From contig CAWFDF010000010.1 of the NCBI GenBank assembly GCA_963814585.1, forward strand, positions 64,001 to 128,000: a DNA stretch of 64,000 nt, given 5' to 3'. How positions within the stretch are numbered: position 1 is the stretch's first letter; the number at the start of each line of letters is the position of its first letter. The position numbers and the translations under genes are program-made. Below the pieces are notes generated by a model. That model saw only the letters and a program-made list of their open reading frames with translations, searched no databases and was not told where the DNA came from. The stretch comes from an uncultured delta proteobacterium. Lineage in GTDB: Bacteria > Myxococcota > Myxococcia > Myxococcales > Anaeromyxobacteraceae. Of the stretch, positions 33,179 to 44,043 are shown in pieces.

Positions 33179-33215
33179 ATGCCGGTAACGTCCGGTCGCC
33201 GCGGGGCCCGGATGC

Positions 33216-33521
33216 TCAGCCGCCGTGCAGCTGCTGGTCGGTCCCGGTAGGGCGGTGGGGCGAAGCGCGCTTGGCCTCGACGGCGTAGGCGGCCAGGATG
33301 GCCCGCTCGAACCGCTCGCGGGTCTCGGCGTTGAGCGGGTGGGCCACGTCCTTGAAGCTCCCGTCCTTGCGCCGCTTGGCGGGCATGGCCACGAAGAGGC
33401 CGGTCGTCCCCTGGATGACCTTCAGGTCGCGGACCACGAAGCAGGCGTCGAGCGTGACGGTGACGTAGGCCTTCAGCTTCTCCTCGTCGACCGGGTAGAC
33501 GCGGACGTCGGTGATCTCCAT
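33216..33521 (-). CDS. spoVG: SpoVG family nucleic-acid-binding protein
   Basis: MEITDVRVY...KLKAYVTVTLD.CFVVRDLKVIQG..GLFVAMP..KRKDG.FKDVAHPLN. Confidence 0.95.
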   Translation of the reverse strand: MEITDVRVYPVDEEKLKAYVTVTLDACFVVRDLKVIQGTTGLFVAMPAKRRKDGSFKDVAHPLNAETRERFERAILAAYAVEAKRASPHRPTGTDQQLHGG

Positions 33522-34387
33522 GACGACACTCCAGGCTGCCGCGTCACCGTACGCGCCAGGTGGACCTCGAGGTCCACGCCGGCCGCCGTGCCCAGCGCCC
33601 GCGCCGCTCGCCGGGCCGCTGCCCGGCTGGCGAAGAGGCCGAAGACGGTGGGACCGCTCCCGGACATCAGCGTCGCGGTGGCGCCGGCGCCGGTGAGCTG
33701 CCACGAGAGTCGATCTAAGGCGGGATGCCGGGCCACGCAGGGAGGCTGGAGGTCGTTCCCCAGAAGGGTCGGCCGCCAGCGGCCTGGGCGGGGGAGCGGG
33801 GGGACGGGCCGAGCGCCGCGATCCTCGTCCAGCCAGCGGTAAGCGTCCGCTGCCCGGATGGCCAGGGCGGGAGCGCGTGGATAGAGGAGGACGAGGTGGA
33901 GCGGCGGCACGGTGGCGGGCCGGAGCCGCTCCCCCCGACCGGCCGCCCAGGCCGGCCCCGTCCCGAGGAAGAAGGGGACGTCGGAGCCGATCGAGAGCCC
34001 GAGCTCGGCGAGCGCCGCCGCGTCGTGGACGCGGAAGGCGCGGGCCAGGCAGCGCAGCACCGCCGCGGCGTCGGAGGAGCCGCCGCCCAGCCCGGCGGTG
34101 ACGGGGGTCCGCTTCTCGATCCGGATGGCGACGGCCCGGTCGGTGGGAAAGCGGCGCCGGAAGGCCTCGGCGGCGCGGGCCGCCAGGTTGCCGGCGCCGT
34201 CGAGCTCCCGGTGGCCGGGGACGCGGCAGGTGACCGGGCCGGCGCGGGCGCCCACCCGCACCTCCACGCCGTCGCCGAGATCGAGCGGCACCATCAGGCT
34301 GGCGAGATCGTGGTAGCCGTCCGGCCGCTGCGGACCGACCCGCAGGACGAGGTTGACCTTGGCCGGCGCAGTGGTGACGAGGCGCAC
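33473..34387 (-). CDS. ispE: 4-diphosphocytidyl-2-C-methyl-D-erythritol kinase
   Basis: APAKVNL...RPDGYH, KRTPVTAGLGGGSSDAA, IGSDVPFF, GRGE, NDLQ, MSGSGPTVF. Confidence 0.94.
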   Translation of the reverse strand: MRLVTTAPAKVNLVLRVGPQRPDGYHDLASLMVPLDLGDGVEVRVGARAGPVTCRVPGHRELDGAGNLAARAAEAFRRRFPTDRAVAIRIEKRTPVTAGLGGGSSDAAAVLRCLARAFRVHDAAALAELGLSIGSDVPFFLGTGPAWAAGRGERLRPATVPPLHLVLLYPRAPALAIRAADAYRWLDEDRGARPVPPLPRPGRWRPTLLGNDLQPPCVARHPALDRLSWQLTGAGATATLMSGSGPTVFGLFASRAAARRAARALGTAAGVDLEVHLARTVTRQPGVSSWRSPTSASTRSTRRS

Positions 34388-34434
34388 GGCCCTTCTCTAC
34401 CACCGACCCGGGGGCGGTCGACTAACATGGAGCG

Positions 34435-34977
34435 ATGGCGATCGCCCCCTACCGCACCGAGGTCCTCCTCTCCGCCGAGCAGATCCGATCCCGCATCGCC
34501 GAGCTGGGGCGTGAGATCGCCCGGCAGCACACCGGCCAGCGGCTCATCTGCGTGGGCGTGCTCAAGGGGAGCTTCATGTTCCTCGCTGACCTGGTGCGCG
34601 CCATCCCGCTGCCCGAGCTGGAAGTGGACTTCATCGGCGTCTCCTCCTACCAGGGCTCGGAGACCACCGGCGTGGTCCGCTTCAGCCACGACCTGGCCCG
34701 CTCCATCGAGGGGGAGGACGTGCTGCTGGTGGAGGACATCGTCGACACCGGCCTGACCGTCCGCTACCTGCTCGACAACCTCGCCACTCGCCACCCGCGC
34801 AGCCTGAAGGTGGCCGCGCTGCTGGAGAAGCCGGCCCGCTCCCGGGTGAAGGTCCCCATCGACTTCAAGGGCTTCACCATCGAGGACCGGTTCGTGGTCG
34901 GCTACGGGCTCGACTTCGACGGGCGCCTGCGGAACCTGCCTCACGTGGCGCTGCTGCACCTGGACCGGCCAGCGTAG
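34435..34977 (+). CDS. hpt: Hypoxanthine phosphoribosyltransferase
   Basis: VLKGSFMFLADL, VLLVEDIVDTGLT, FVVGYGLDF...RNLP. Confidence 0.95.
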   Translation: MAIAPYRTEVLLSAEQIRSRIAELGREIARQHTGQRLICVGVLKGSFMFLADLVRAIPLPELEVDFIGVSSYQGSETTGVVRFSHDLARSIEGEDVLLVEDIVDTGLTVRYLLDNLATRHPRSLKVAALLEKPARSRVKVPIDFKGFTIEDRFVVGYGLDFDGRLRNLPHVALLHLDRPA

Positions 34978-35028
34978 CCCATCTCACGCGAGGTGATGGA
35001 CGCGGTGGTCCCCGCGTGCCGGGCCTGG

Positions 35029-36423
35029 CTACCTGGCCGCGGCCTTGAGCTCCTGCACCACGCTGGCGAGCGAGGCCTTGGCGTCGCCGAAGAGCATCGA
35101 GGTGTTGGCGCCGTGGAAGAGCTCGTTCTCGATGCCGGCGAAGCCCGGGTTCATCGACCGCTTCAGGACGATCACCTGCTTCGCCTGGTCCACGTCGAGG
35201 ATGGGCATCCCGTAGATGGGCGAGGACGGGTCGGTCCGGGCCGCCGGGTTGACCACGTCGTTGGCGCCGATCACCAGCGCCACGTCGGCGTTCTTGAACT
35301 GGGGGTTGATCTCCTCCAGCTCCTTGAGCTTGTCGTAGGGGATGTCGGCCTCGGCCAGCAGCACGTTCATGTGCCCGGGCATCCGCCCCGCCACCGGGTG
35401 GACGGCGTAGAGCACCTCGCCGCCGTTCCTCTCGACGAGCTGCGCCAGCTCCCGGACCTGGTGCTGCGCCTGGGCCACCGCCATGCCGTAGCCCGGCACC
35501 ACGATGACCAGGCGGGCGAAGCCGAGCTGGATGGCGGCGTCCTCCGCGGTGATGGAGCGAACCACCACCTCCCGCGCCGCCCGCTCCGAGGCCGGCGGCG
35601 GCGCGCCGAAGGCGCCGAAGAGGACGTTGCCGAAGGAGCGGTTCATGGCCCTCGACATGACCATCGAGAGGATGAAGCCCGAGGCCCCGTCGAGGGCGCC
35701 GGCGATGATGAGGACGTTGTTGCCGATGGCGAAGCCGGTGGCCGAGGAGGCCAGGCCGGCGTAGCTGTTGAGCAGCGAGATGACCACCGGCATGTCGGCG
35801 CCGCCGATGGGGAGGACCAGCGAGACGCCGAAGAGCAGCCCCAGGCCGACCATGGCGAAGAAGGCGGCCGGGTTGGCGGGGTCGACGAGGAGCCAGCCGA
35901 GGAGGCCGGCCGCCGCCGCCAGCATGGCCAGGGTGACCAGGTTCTGCCCCTTGAAGGTGAGCGGCCTGGAGGGGAGGAGCTCCTGCAGCTTGGCGAAGGC
36001 CATGAAGCTGCCGGTGATGGTGAGCGCGCCGAACAGGACCTCGAAGCCCAGCGCCGCCATCTGCCCGCGCCCCACCCGGGCGCCGTTCCCCCGGGACCAG
36101 AACTCGGCCACGCCCACCAGCGTGGCCGCCACCGCGCCGAACAGGTGCGAGATGGCGATCCGCTGCGGCATGGCGGTCATGGGCACGCGGGTGCCGAGCG
36201 GCCAGCCGATGAGCGTGCCAAGCGCCAGCCCGGCCAGGATCCACTCGTAGGTGACGATCTCGGCCTTCACCACCGTGCCGACGATGGCCACCAGCATGCC
36301 GAGGGCGGCCAGCTGCATGCCGCGGCGGGCCTGGTCGGGGATGGTGAGGCCGCGCAGCCCGAGGATGAAGAGGACCGAGGCGACCAGGTAGGCCGCCTCG
36401 GTGAAGAGGAGGCGGGTGGTCAC
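35029..36423 (-). CDS. pntB: NAD(P)+ transhydrogenase beta subunit
   Basis: PIGGADMPVVISLLNSYAG, VPGYGMAVAQAQH, HPVAGRMPGHMNVLLAEA, GANDVVNP. Confidence 0.96.
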   Translation of the reverse strand: MTTRLLFTEAAYLVASVLFILGLRGLTIPDQARRGMQLAALGMLVAIVGTVVKAEIVTYEWILAGLALGTLIGWPLGTRVPMTAMPQRIAISHLFGAVAATLVGVAEFWSRGNGARVGRGQMAALGFEVLFGALTITGSFMAFAKLQELLPSRPLTFKGQNLVTLAMLAAAAGLLGWLLVDPANPAAFFAMVGLGLLFGVSLVLPIGGADMPVVISLLNSYAGLASSATGFAIGNNVLIIAGALDGASGFILSMVMSRAMNRSFGNVLFGAFGAPPPASERAAREVVVRSITAEDAAIQLGFARLVIVVPGYGMAVAQAQHQVRELAQLVERNGGEVLYAVHPVAGRMPGHMNVLLAEADIPYDKLKELEEINPQFKNADVALVIGANDVVNPAARTDPSSPIYGMPILDVDQAKQVIVLKRSMNPGFAGIENELFHGANTSMLFGDAKASLASVVQELKAAAR

Positions 36424-36719
36424 CGCTCCTCCTTCTTGCGCGGGGCGTGCCTGAACATCTTGAGCATCCGGTCGGTGATGATGAAGCCGCCCACCACGTT
36501 GATGGTGGCGCTGGTCACCGCGATGAAGCCGAGGATGCTGGCCGTGAGCCCGTGGTCCGAGCCGGCCAGCACCAGCGAGCCGACCAGCGAGATGGCGCTG
36601 ATGGCGTTGGTGGCCGACATGAGCGGCGTGTGGAGCAGCGACGGCACCCGGGTGATGACGAAGAACCCCACGAACCCGGCCAGCAGGAACACGTAGATCT
36701 GGATGAGCTCGAGGTCCAT
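36420..36719 (-). CDS. pntAB: NAD(P)+ transhydrogenase alpha subunit part 2 (membrane)
   Basis: VPSLLHTPLMSATNAIS, INVVGGFIITDRMLKMF. Confidence 0.93.
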   Translation of the reverse strand: MDLELIQIYVFLLAGFVGFFVITRVPSLLHTPLMSATNAISAISLVGSLVLAGSDHGLTASILGFIAVTSATINVVGGFIITDRMLKMFRHAPRKKEER

Positions 36720-36721
36720 GG

Positions 36722-37819
36722 TCAGCGCACCCTCCCCTGGTGGACCACCAGCATGGCGCCGGTGATCTCGTCGGCCGGGTCGAGCCTCGGCGTCCCGGCG
36801 CCGGCCGAGAGGTGCTGCAGCAGGGTGAGCACGTTGCGGCCGTACTGCTGGCTGGCGTGGAAGGGCAGGGTGGCGGCCAGCAGCACCGGCCCGAGGATGG
36901 TGACGCCGCCCGCCACCACCGTCTCGCCCGGCCGGGTGAGCTCGCAGTTGCCGCCGGTCTCGGCGGCCAGGTCCACGATCACCGAGCCCGGCTTCATGCC
37001 CTGGACCGCGGCGGCGCCGAGGAGCCGGGGTGCCGGCTTCCCGGGGATGGCGGCGGTGCAGATCACCAGGTCCATCTCCCTCACCTGGGCGGCGATGGCC
37101 GCCAGCACCCGGTCCTGATCGTCCCGGCCGAGCTCGGCGGCGTACCCGCCCTGGCCCTCGGCGGCGACCGCCGCGACCTCGACGAAGCTGGCGCCCAGCG
37201 ACTGGACCTGCTCCTTGACCGCCGGCCGCACGTCGAAGGCCGAGGTGATCGCGCCGAGCCGCCGCGCCGTGGCCAGCGCCTGCAGGCCGGCCACGCCGGC
37301 GCCGATCACGAAGACCCGGGCCGGCGCCAGGGTGCCGGCGGCCGTGGTCATCATGGGGAGGACGCGCGGCAGCGCCGAGGCGCCGAGCAGCACGGCCTTG
37401 TAGCCGGCCAGCGAGGCCTGCGACGAGAGGGCGTCCATGGCCTGGGCGCGGGAGATGCGGGGGACCAGCTCCATCGCCAGGGCGTCGACGCCGCGGGCCG
37501 CCAGCCGCTCGAGCAGCGGCCGCGACCGCGCCGGCTGCAGCAGGCCGACCAGCAGGGAGCCGGCCGGCAGCCGCTCGACCACCTCCGGCGAGGGGCCCTG
37601 CACGGCCACCACCACCTCGGCGCCCTCGAGCGCCTCGGCGGCCCCCGTCACCCGCGCGCCCGCCGCGGCGTAGGCGGCGTCGAGGAAGCCGGCCGCCTGG
37701 CCCGCCTCCCGCTCCACCCGGACCTCGTGGCCCCCCTTCACCAGCCGTGCGACATGGTCCGGCACCAGGGCCACTCGCCGCTCGCCCGGCGCGGATTCCT
37801 TCAGGACCGTGACGCGCAT
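36722..37819 (-). CDS. pntAA: NAD(P)+ transhydrogenase alpha subunit part 1
   Basis: GERRVALVP, PRISRAQAMDALSSQ, GAGVAGLQA, DLAAETGGNC. Confidence 0.95.
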   Translation of the reverse strand: MRVTVLKESAPGERRVALVPDHVARLVKGGHEVRVEREAGQAAGFLDAAYAAAGARVTGAAEALEGAEVVVAVQGPSPEVVERLPAGSLLVGLLQPARSRPLLERLAARGVDALAMELVPRISRAQAMDALSSQASLAGYKAVLLGASALPRVLPMMTTAAGTLAPARVFVIGAGVAGLQALATARRLGAITSAFDVRPAVKEQVQSLGASFVEVAAVAAEGQGGYAAELGRDDQDRVLAAIAAQVREMDLVICTAAIPGKPAPRLLGAAAVQGMKPGSVIVDLAAETGGNCELTRPGETVVAGGVTILGPVLLAATLPFHASQQYGRNVLTLLQHLSAGAGTPRLDPADEITGAMLVVHQGRVR

Positions 37820-38023
37820 GGCCCCTCGTCCGTAGTCCCGGTGGGCCGGAGGTCATAGACCCCTTGAGGGTCTGCGCCCTGTTGGACGGGACGGCGCTGG
37901 CCCCGCCCCGGTCCCGGCTCTCGCCTCACGTCATCATGCCTGGACGGGGCACCGGGTTGACGACCTCGAGGAGGACCGAATGCCACGGTGCGACCGTCGC
38001 GCGAACGTGCCTACCATTGCCGC

Positions 38024-38524
38024 ATGAGCGTACCCGGGGGGGGCGCCGCTCATCCGGGCGGCGACGATCGGTTCGGCGTTCTCGACGCGGCGATGCGCCG
38101 TCACCAGCGGCGGGCCGACGCGCTCCTCGAGCTGCTGCACACGACGCAGGAGCTCTTCGGCTGCCTCTCCGACGACGCGCTGCGCTTCCTGGCGCGCGGC
38201 CTCGGCCTGCCGCTCTCGCGCGTCTACGGCGTCGCCAGCTTCTACAACCTCTTCACCTTCGCGCCGCGGGGCGAGCACACCTGCACGGTCTGCCTGGGGA
38301 CCGCCTGCTACGTGAAGGGGGCGGGCGACATCCTGGCCGGGCTCGAGTCGGCGTGCGGCGTGAGGCCTGGCGAGACCACTGCCGACGGCCGGCTCTCGGT
38401 GGTGGTAGCCCGCTGCATCGGCGCCTGCGGCGCGGCCCCGGCGGTGGCCTTCGACGAGGACCTGCGCGGCGGGCAGACCCGGGCCGGCGTCCTGGCCCGG
38501 GCGAAGGCGTGGACCGGGCCATGA
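38024..38524 (+). CDS. hoxE: Bidirectional hydrogenase subunit E (NuoE-like 2Fe-2S)
   Basis: VYGVASFY, VCLGTACYVKG, RCIGACG. Confidence 0.9.
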   Translation: MSVPGGGAAHPGGDDRFGVLDAAMRRHQRRADALLELLHTTQELFGCLSDDALRFLARGLGLPLSRVYGVASFYNLFTFAPRGEHTCTVCLGTACYVKGAGDILAGLESACGVRPGETTADGRLSVVVARCIGACGAAPAVAFDEDLRGGQTRAGVLARAKAWTGP

Positions 38525-40209
38525 ACGGCGAGGAGCTGCGGGCCACCGCGGAGCGCGAGGCCAGCCGGCGGGCAGCCTTCCGCCACCGCGTCAGCGTGTG
38601 CGGCGCCGCCAGCTGCCGGGCGCTCGGCTCGGCCGAGGTCCGGACCGCACTGGAGCGGCGGGTGGAGGACGCCGGCCTGGGCCGGGAGGTCGAGGTCTGC
38701 GGCTCCGGCTGCCTGGGGCTGTGCCACGCCGGTCCGCTGGCGCAGGTCGACTCCCAGGACGACGAGGGGCACGCCGGCCGCACGCTCTACGGGCGACTCC
38801 AGGCCTCGGACGCCGACCGGGTGATCGGTGAGCACCTGGCCGGCGGGGCGCCGCTCGAGGACCGGCGGCTGCCGCTCGACACCCCCTTCTTCAACCGCCA
38901 GCAGCGCGTGGTCCTGGCCGGCTCCGGCCAGCTCGACCCGGAGCGGATCGAGACCTGCATCGCCGCCGGCGCCTGGCACGCCCTCCACCGGGCGCTCACC
39001 GAGCTGAGGCCCGAGGAGGTCGTCGCCGAGGTGACGCGGAGCGGCCTGCGCGGCCGCGGCGGCGCCGGGTACCCGACCGGCCTGAAGTGGTCCACGGTGG
39101 CCAGGGCGCCGGGCGCGCCCAGGTTTGTCGTCTGCAACGCCGACGAGGGCGACCCGGGCGCCTTCATGGACCGCTCGATCCTGGAGGGCGATCCCCACCG
39201 CGTGCTGGAGGGGATGGCCATCGCCGGCTACGCGGTCGGCGCCGGGCAGGGGTACGTCTACGTCCGCGGCGAGCACCCCCTCGCCATCGAGCGGCTCCGG
39301 ACCGCCCTCGAGCAGGCCGGGCGGCACGGGCTCCTCGGCCACCGCATCCTCGACACCGGCTTCGACTTCCGCATCGACCTGCGCATCGGCGCCGGCGCCT
39401 ACGTCTGCGGCGAGGAGACGGCGCTGATCGCCTCGATCGAGGGGCGCCGGGGGACGCCGCGCCCCCGCCCGCCCTGGCCGGCCCAGGCCGGGCTCTGGGG
39501 GCTCCCCACGCTGATCAACAACGTCGAGACCTTCGCCAACGTCCCCTCGGTGATCCGGAACGGCGGCGCCTGGCTGGCGGCCATGGGGACCGAGAGGTCG
39601 AAGGGCACCAAGGTGTTCGCCCTGGCCGGGAAGATCGTCAACACCGGCCTCATCGAGGTGCCGCTCGGCACCACCCTTCGCCAGATCGTCTACGAGCTCG
39701 GCGGCGGAATCCCCGGCGGGAAGGCGTTCAAGGCGGCGCAGACCGGCGGGCCGTCGGGGGGCTGCATCCCGGCCCGGTTCCTCGACCTCCCGGTGGACTA
39801 CGAGTCGCTCCTCGAGGTGGGCTCGTTCATGGGCTCGGGCGGCCTCATCATCCTCGACGAGTCGAGCTGCATGGTCGACCTGGCGGCCTTCTACATGGGC
39901 TTCTGCTGCGACGAGTCCTGCGGCAAGTGCATCCCCTGCCGCGCCGGCACCGCGCAGCTGCTCGGCCTGCTCCAGCGGATCCAGCGCGGCGAGGGGCGCG
40001 AGGCCGACCTCGACCAGCTCGAGGAGCTGGCCGGGCTGCTCCAGGCCACCAGCCTCTGCGGGCTCGGCCAGGGGGCGCCCACGCCGGTGCTCTCGACGCT
40101 GCGCTGGTTCCGCGACGAGTACCTGGCCCACGTCCGGGAGCGGCGCTGCCCGGCTGGCGTCTGCGCCATGGCGGCGAGGGCCCCGGCGCCCGCGGAGGCA
40201 CGGCCGTGA
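38521..40209 (+). CDS. hoxF: Bidirectional hydrogenase diaphorase subunit F (NuoF-like)
   Basis: N-terminal thioredoxin-like Fe-S domain, [47 protein letters not shown]. Confidence 0.93.
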   Translation: MNGEELRATAEREASRRAAFRHRVSVCGAASCRALGSAEVRTALERRVEDAGLGREVEVCGSGCLGLCHAGPLAQVDSQDDEGHAGRTLYGRLQASDADRVIGEHLAGGAPLEDRRLPLDTPFFNRQQRVVLAGSGQLDPERIETCIAAGAWHALHRALTELRPEEVVAEVTRSGLRGRGGAGYPTGLKWSTVARAPGAPRFVVCNADEGDPGAFMDRSILEGDPHRVLEGMAIAGYAVGAGQGYVYVRGEHPLAIERLRTALEQAGRHGLLGHRILDTGFDFRIDLRIGAGAYVCGEETALIASIEGRRGTPRPRPPWPAQAGLWGLPTLINNVETFANVPSVIRNGGAWLAAMGTERSKGTKVFALAGKIVNTGLIEVPLGTTLRQIVYELGGGIPGGKAFKAAQTGGPSGGCIPARFLDLPVDYESLLEVGSFMGSGGLIILDESSCMVDLAAFYMGFCCDESCGKCIPCRAGTAQLLGLLQRIQRGEGREADLDQLEELAGLLQATSLCGLGQGAPTPVLSTLRWFRDEYLAHVRERRCPAGVCAMAARAPAPAEARP

Positions 40210-40922
40210 CGGTCCGGACGCTCAGCATCGACGGGCGCCCGGTCTCGGCCGTGGAGGGCGAGACCATCCTCGAGCTCTGCCGCGAGCACGGCATCCCGCT
40301 CCCCACGCTCTGCTTCCTGGAAGGGCTCTCGGCGGTGGGGGCCTGCCGGCTCTGCCTCGTCGAGGTGAAGGGCTCGCCCCGGCTCCAGGCCGCCTGCGTG
40401 CTGCGCGCCGAGGAGGGGATGGAGGTCTCGACCGCCACCGAGCGGCTGCGGCGCTACCGGCGGCAGATCGTCGAGCTGCTGCTCGCCGAGCGGAACCACG
40501 CCTGCGCCACCTGCGCCGCCAACGGCCGCTGCGAGCTCCAGCAGGTGGCCTACGCCGTCGGGATCGACCACGTCCGCTACCCCTACCTCCACCCCGCCAC
40601 CGCGCTCGACGCCTCGCACCCGCGGTTCACGGTGGACCACGGGCGCTGCATCCTCTGCTCGCGCTGCGTCCGGGTCTGCGACGAGGTGGAGGGGGCGCAC
40701 ACCTGGGACGTGGCCAGGCGCGGGCGCCTGGCCCGCGTGATCACCGACCTGGCCCAGCCCTGGGGCACGAGCGAGTCCTGCACCAGCTGCGGCAAGTGCA
40801 TCCAGGTCTGCCCGACCGCCGCGCTCCTCGAGAAGGCGCAGGTGCCCTGCGGCGCCGTGAAGCGCCGCGAGTTCCTCACCGCCCGGCGCGGCGCCAACGA
40901 GAGGAAGCCATGGGAGCACTGA
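40206..40922 (+). CDS. hoxU: Bidirectional hydrogenase subunit U
   Basis: PTLC...[35 protein letters not shown]. Confidence 0.92.
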   Translation: MTVRTLSIDGRPVSAVEGETILELCREHGIPLPTLCFLEGLSAVGACRLCLVEVKGSPRLQAACVLRAEEGMEVSTATERLRRYRRQIVELLLAERNHACATCAANGRCELQQVAYAVGIDHVRYPYLHPATALDASHPRFTVDHGRCILCSRCVRVCDEVEGAHTWDVARRGRLARVITDLAQPWGTSESCTSCGKCIQVCPTAALLEKAQVPCGAVKRREFLTARRGANERKPWEH

Positions 40923-41482
40923 CCGCCCCGCCCGCGTCCGGGTCGTCGAGGCCCCGGCTGGCCACCGCCTGGCTGGGCGGCTGCTCCGGCTGCCACATGT
41001 CGTTCCTGGACCTCGACGAGCGGCTCCTCGACCTGGCCGGCCGGATGGAGCTGGTCTACTCGCCCATCATGGACGTGAAGGTCTACCCCGAGGGCGTCGA
41101 CGTGGCGCTGGTGGAGGGGGCCTGCGCCAGCGAGGAGCACCTCGAGACCGCCCGGACCATCCGGGCGCGCAGCCGGCTGGTGATCGCCTTCGGCGACTGC
41201 GCCGTGACCGGCAACGTGACCGCCCTGCGCAACGCCCTGGGGGGCGCGCTGCCGGTGCTGGAGCGGGCCTACCGGGACGCCGCCGACCTCCACCCGGGAC
41301 TCCCGGGCGAGCCGGGCCTGGTGCCCCGGCTCCTCGACCGGGTGCTGCCGCTCCACCAGGTCGTCGACGTCGACGTCTGGCTCCCGGGCTGTCCCCCGGA
41401 CGCCGACCTGATCCACGCCGTGCTCCTCGACGCGCTGGCGGGGCGGGTCCCGGACCTCTCCGGCCGCCTCCGGTACGGGTGA
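40910..41482 (+). CDS. hoxY: [NiFe] hydrogenase small subunit Y
   Basis: [26 protein letters not shown]. Confidence 0.92.
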   Translation: MGALTAPPASGSSRPRLATAWLGGCSGCHMSFLDLDERLLDLAGRMELVYSPIMDVKVYPEGVDVALVEGACASEEHLETARTIRARSRLVIAFGDCAVTGNVTALRNALGGALPVLERAYRDAADLHPGLPGEPGLVPRLLDRVLPLHQVVDVDVWLPGCPPDADLIHAVLLDALAGRVPDLSGRLRYG

Positions 41483-41485
41483 CCC

Positions 41486-42908
41486 ATGGGCCGCCGCCTC
41501 GTCATCGATCCCGTCACCCGCATCGAGGGGCACGCCCGGATCTCCATCCACCTCGACGACGCCGGCCAGGTGGTGGACGCGCGCTTCCACGTCACCGAGT
41601 TCCGCGGCTTCGAGAAGTTCTGCGAGGGGCGCTCCTTCCTGGAGATGCCGGTCATCACCTCGCGCATCTGCGGCATCTGCCCGGTCTCGCACCTGCTGGC
41701 TTCGGCGCGGGCCGGCGACCACCTGCTGGCGGTCCACCTGCCGCGCCCGGCGAGGCTGCTGCGCCAGCTGGTCAACCTGGCCCAGCTGGTCCAGTCGCAC
41801 GCGCTCTCCTTCTTCCACCTCTCCTCCCCGGACTGGGTGCTCGGCTACGACGCCGATCCGGCCACCCGGAACCTGCTGGGGATGGCGGCGGCGCGGCCGG
41901 AGCTGGCGCGCGAGGGGATCCGGCTGAGGAGGTGGGGGCAGGACCTCATCGCCACCGTGGCCGGGAAGCGAATCCACCCGGCCTGGGCCGTCCCCGGCGG
42001 CGTGGCCACCGGGCTCACCGCCGAGGGGCGGGAGCACCTCCTGGCCGGCTTGCCCGAGGCGCTGGGGACGGCGCGCCGGACCCTGGAGGACTTCAAGCGG
42101 ACGCTCCCCGACCACGAGGAGGAGGCGCGGGTCTTCGGGAACTTCCCCTCGCTCTTCATGGCGCTGGTCGGGCCCGACGGCGAGCTGGAGCACACCTTCG
42201 GCAAGCTCCGCTTCGTGGACGAGCGGGGCCAGGTGCTGGCCGACCAGGTGGACCCGGCGGACTACGCCGACTGGATCGGCGAGGCGGTCGAGCCCTGGAG
42301 CTACCTCAAGTTCCCCTACTACCGGCCCCTCGGCTACCCGGCCGGCCTCTACCGCGTCGGCCCGCTGGCGCGGCTCAACGCCTGCAGCGCGCGCCGGCAC
42401 GCCGCTGGCCGAGGCCGAGCTGGCCGGGTTCCGGCAGCACGGGCAGGGCGCGGTGCTCTCCTCGTTCCACGCCCACCACGCCCGGCTCATCGAGATCCTC
42501 TTCGCCATCGAGCGCATCGCCCAGCTCCTCGACGACCCGGAGATCCTCTCCGGCGACGTCCGCGCCGAGGCCTCGCGCAACGCGCTGCGCGGGGTGGGGT
42601 GCTGCGAGGCGCCACGCGGGACGCTCTTCCACGACTACCAGGTGGCCCGGGACGGGCTGCTCACCCGCGTCAACCTCCTCATCGCCACCGGCCAGAACAA
42701 CCTGGCCATGAACCGGACCGTGGCGCAGATCGCCCGCCACTTCCTGTCCGGCCGCACCATCGAGGAAGGGCTGCTCAACCGCGTCGAGGCCGGCATCCGC
42801 GCCTACGATCCGTGCCTCTCCTGCTCGACGCACGCGGCCGGGCGGATGCCGCTGGTGGTCGAGCTGCGCGGACCGGCGGGGGAGCTGATCGATTCGGCCG
42901 GGCGGTGA
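41486..42908 (+). pseudogene. hoxH: [NiFe] hydrogenase large subunit H (group 3d) with a +1 frameshift near 42389 (real or assembly error)
   Basis: TRIEGH and [10 protein letters not shown] in the frame starting at 41486; EAPRG and DPCLSCSTH in the +1 frame ending at 42908. Removing one base from AGCGCGCGCC restores [12 protein letters not shown]. Confidence 0.85.
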
Positions 42909-44043
42909 GGGCAAAGGCCCCGGGCTTCGCCGCCTGCCGCGTACCGCCCTACCGTTCGTTCACCGAACGCCTGCCTCTCGGCCAGCCGGTTGTGACGATG
43001 GCAGACGACACGGAGGTTGGCGACCGTGCTCTCGCCGCCCCTGGCCCACGGCACGACGTGGTCGAGCTCCAGCCTGTGCGTCGAGCCGCAGCAGCCGCCT
43101 GAGTCGAGCGGCCAGCTGCAGCGGTCGGCGTCGCGCGCCCAGACGGCGCGCTGGACGGCGGCGGGGATGGATTCGCGGGGACCGGTGCGACGGTGGAGGT
43201 GCGGCTCGAGGCCCGGAGCGGGCCCTGGCGGCTGCTTCGAGCCGGCGGCCGGACCGAGGGACCCGGGCGTGGCCTCGGCGCCCACGGCCGCGCGCGGGCA
43301 CTTCACCTGGGCGCGGGCCCTGGCCTGCTTCTCGAGGAGCAGGTCGAGCGCCGCTTCGAGCACCTGTTCCATCGTCGCGCCGGGGATGGCGTGGCCGAGT
43401 CCCGACCGCGCCGCCTCGAGCTTCTTCAGGACCCGCCGCGAGACGGTGATATGGAGCCGGCGCAGTTCGGCGGTGAGAGGTTCGGTCTCATCACGCGGAG
43501 CGTGCGTACGTTCGCCTCCCCCATTCGCGAAGTCTGACGTCAGAACTCGCGAAAGAGGGGCCTCGGTCGGGTGCGTGTCGGTCAGCGGTGCGGACTCGGG
43601 CGCGAACGCTGTCGGGGACGCCAACGTGAGCAAGGGATGAGTGATGGCGGTCGGCGACGCCACCGACTGGTCCTGCACCCGGGTCACCACCATCCTCGTG
43701 CTTGGAACCGGGCGCGGCTGGAGCTCGGCGACCAGCTCCTGGGACTCGCGGGCCGAGCGGCCGAAGAAGCGGGGAGCCACGACGGTGAGGTTCTCCCTGG
43801 TCAGCACCTTGGCCAGCTCGGCGACGGTCGAGAGGCAGAGCCGGCCATCGCGGAGCGGCTCGATCACCTCGGGGAAGTCCTGGAGCAGCTCGGCGGCGCT
43901 CCTCCGGTAGAAGGCCGCGCTCTTCGAGAGCTGCAGCTCGACGTGCAGGAAGGCGAACAGGTTGGCGTGCCCGAGCGGCTCCCAGCCGCGGCGGCGGTCG
44001 AAGTCGGCCATGGCCGCCTGTTCGGTGCGGAGCAGGGACGGCC
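42803..44043 (-). pseudogene. Myxobacterial DUF222-like/HNH endonuclease, apparently damaged at the 5' end
   Basis: C-terminal 'VWARDADRC...CGS...[12 protein letters not shown]...[10 protein letters not shown]'. In-frame LLRTEQAA precedes the first ATG without a start codon; the 3' end runs 106 bp antisense into hoxH. Confidence 0.7.

Noticed and set aside
33003..33215. Expected tRNA-Gln between spoVG and prs
   Set aside because: No T-loop (GTTCRA) or cloverleaf is visible on either strand.
42380..42400. Programmed ribosomal frameshifting in hoxH (and in GH57 at 54999)
   Set aside because: No slippery heptamer or recognisable recoding signal, and these families are not known to be recoded; a single-base indel is simpler.
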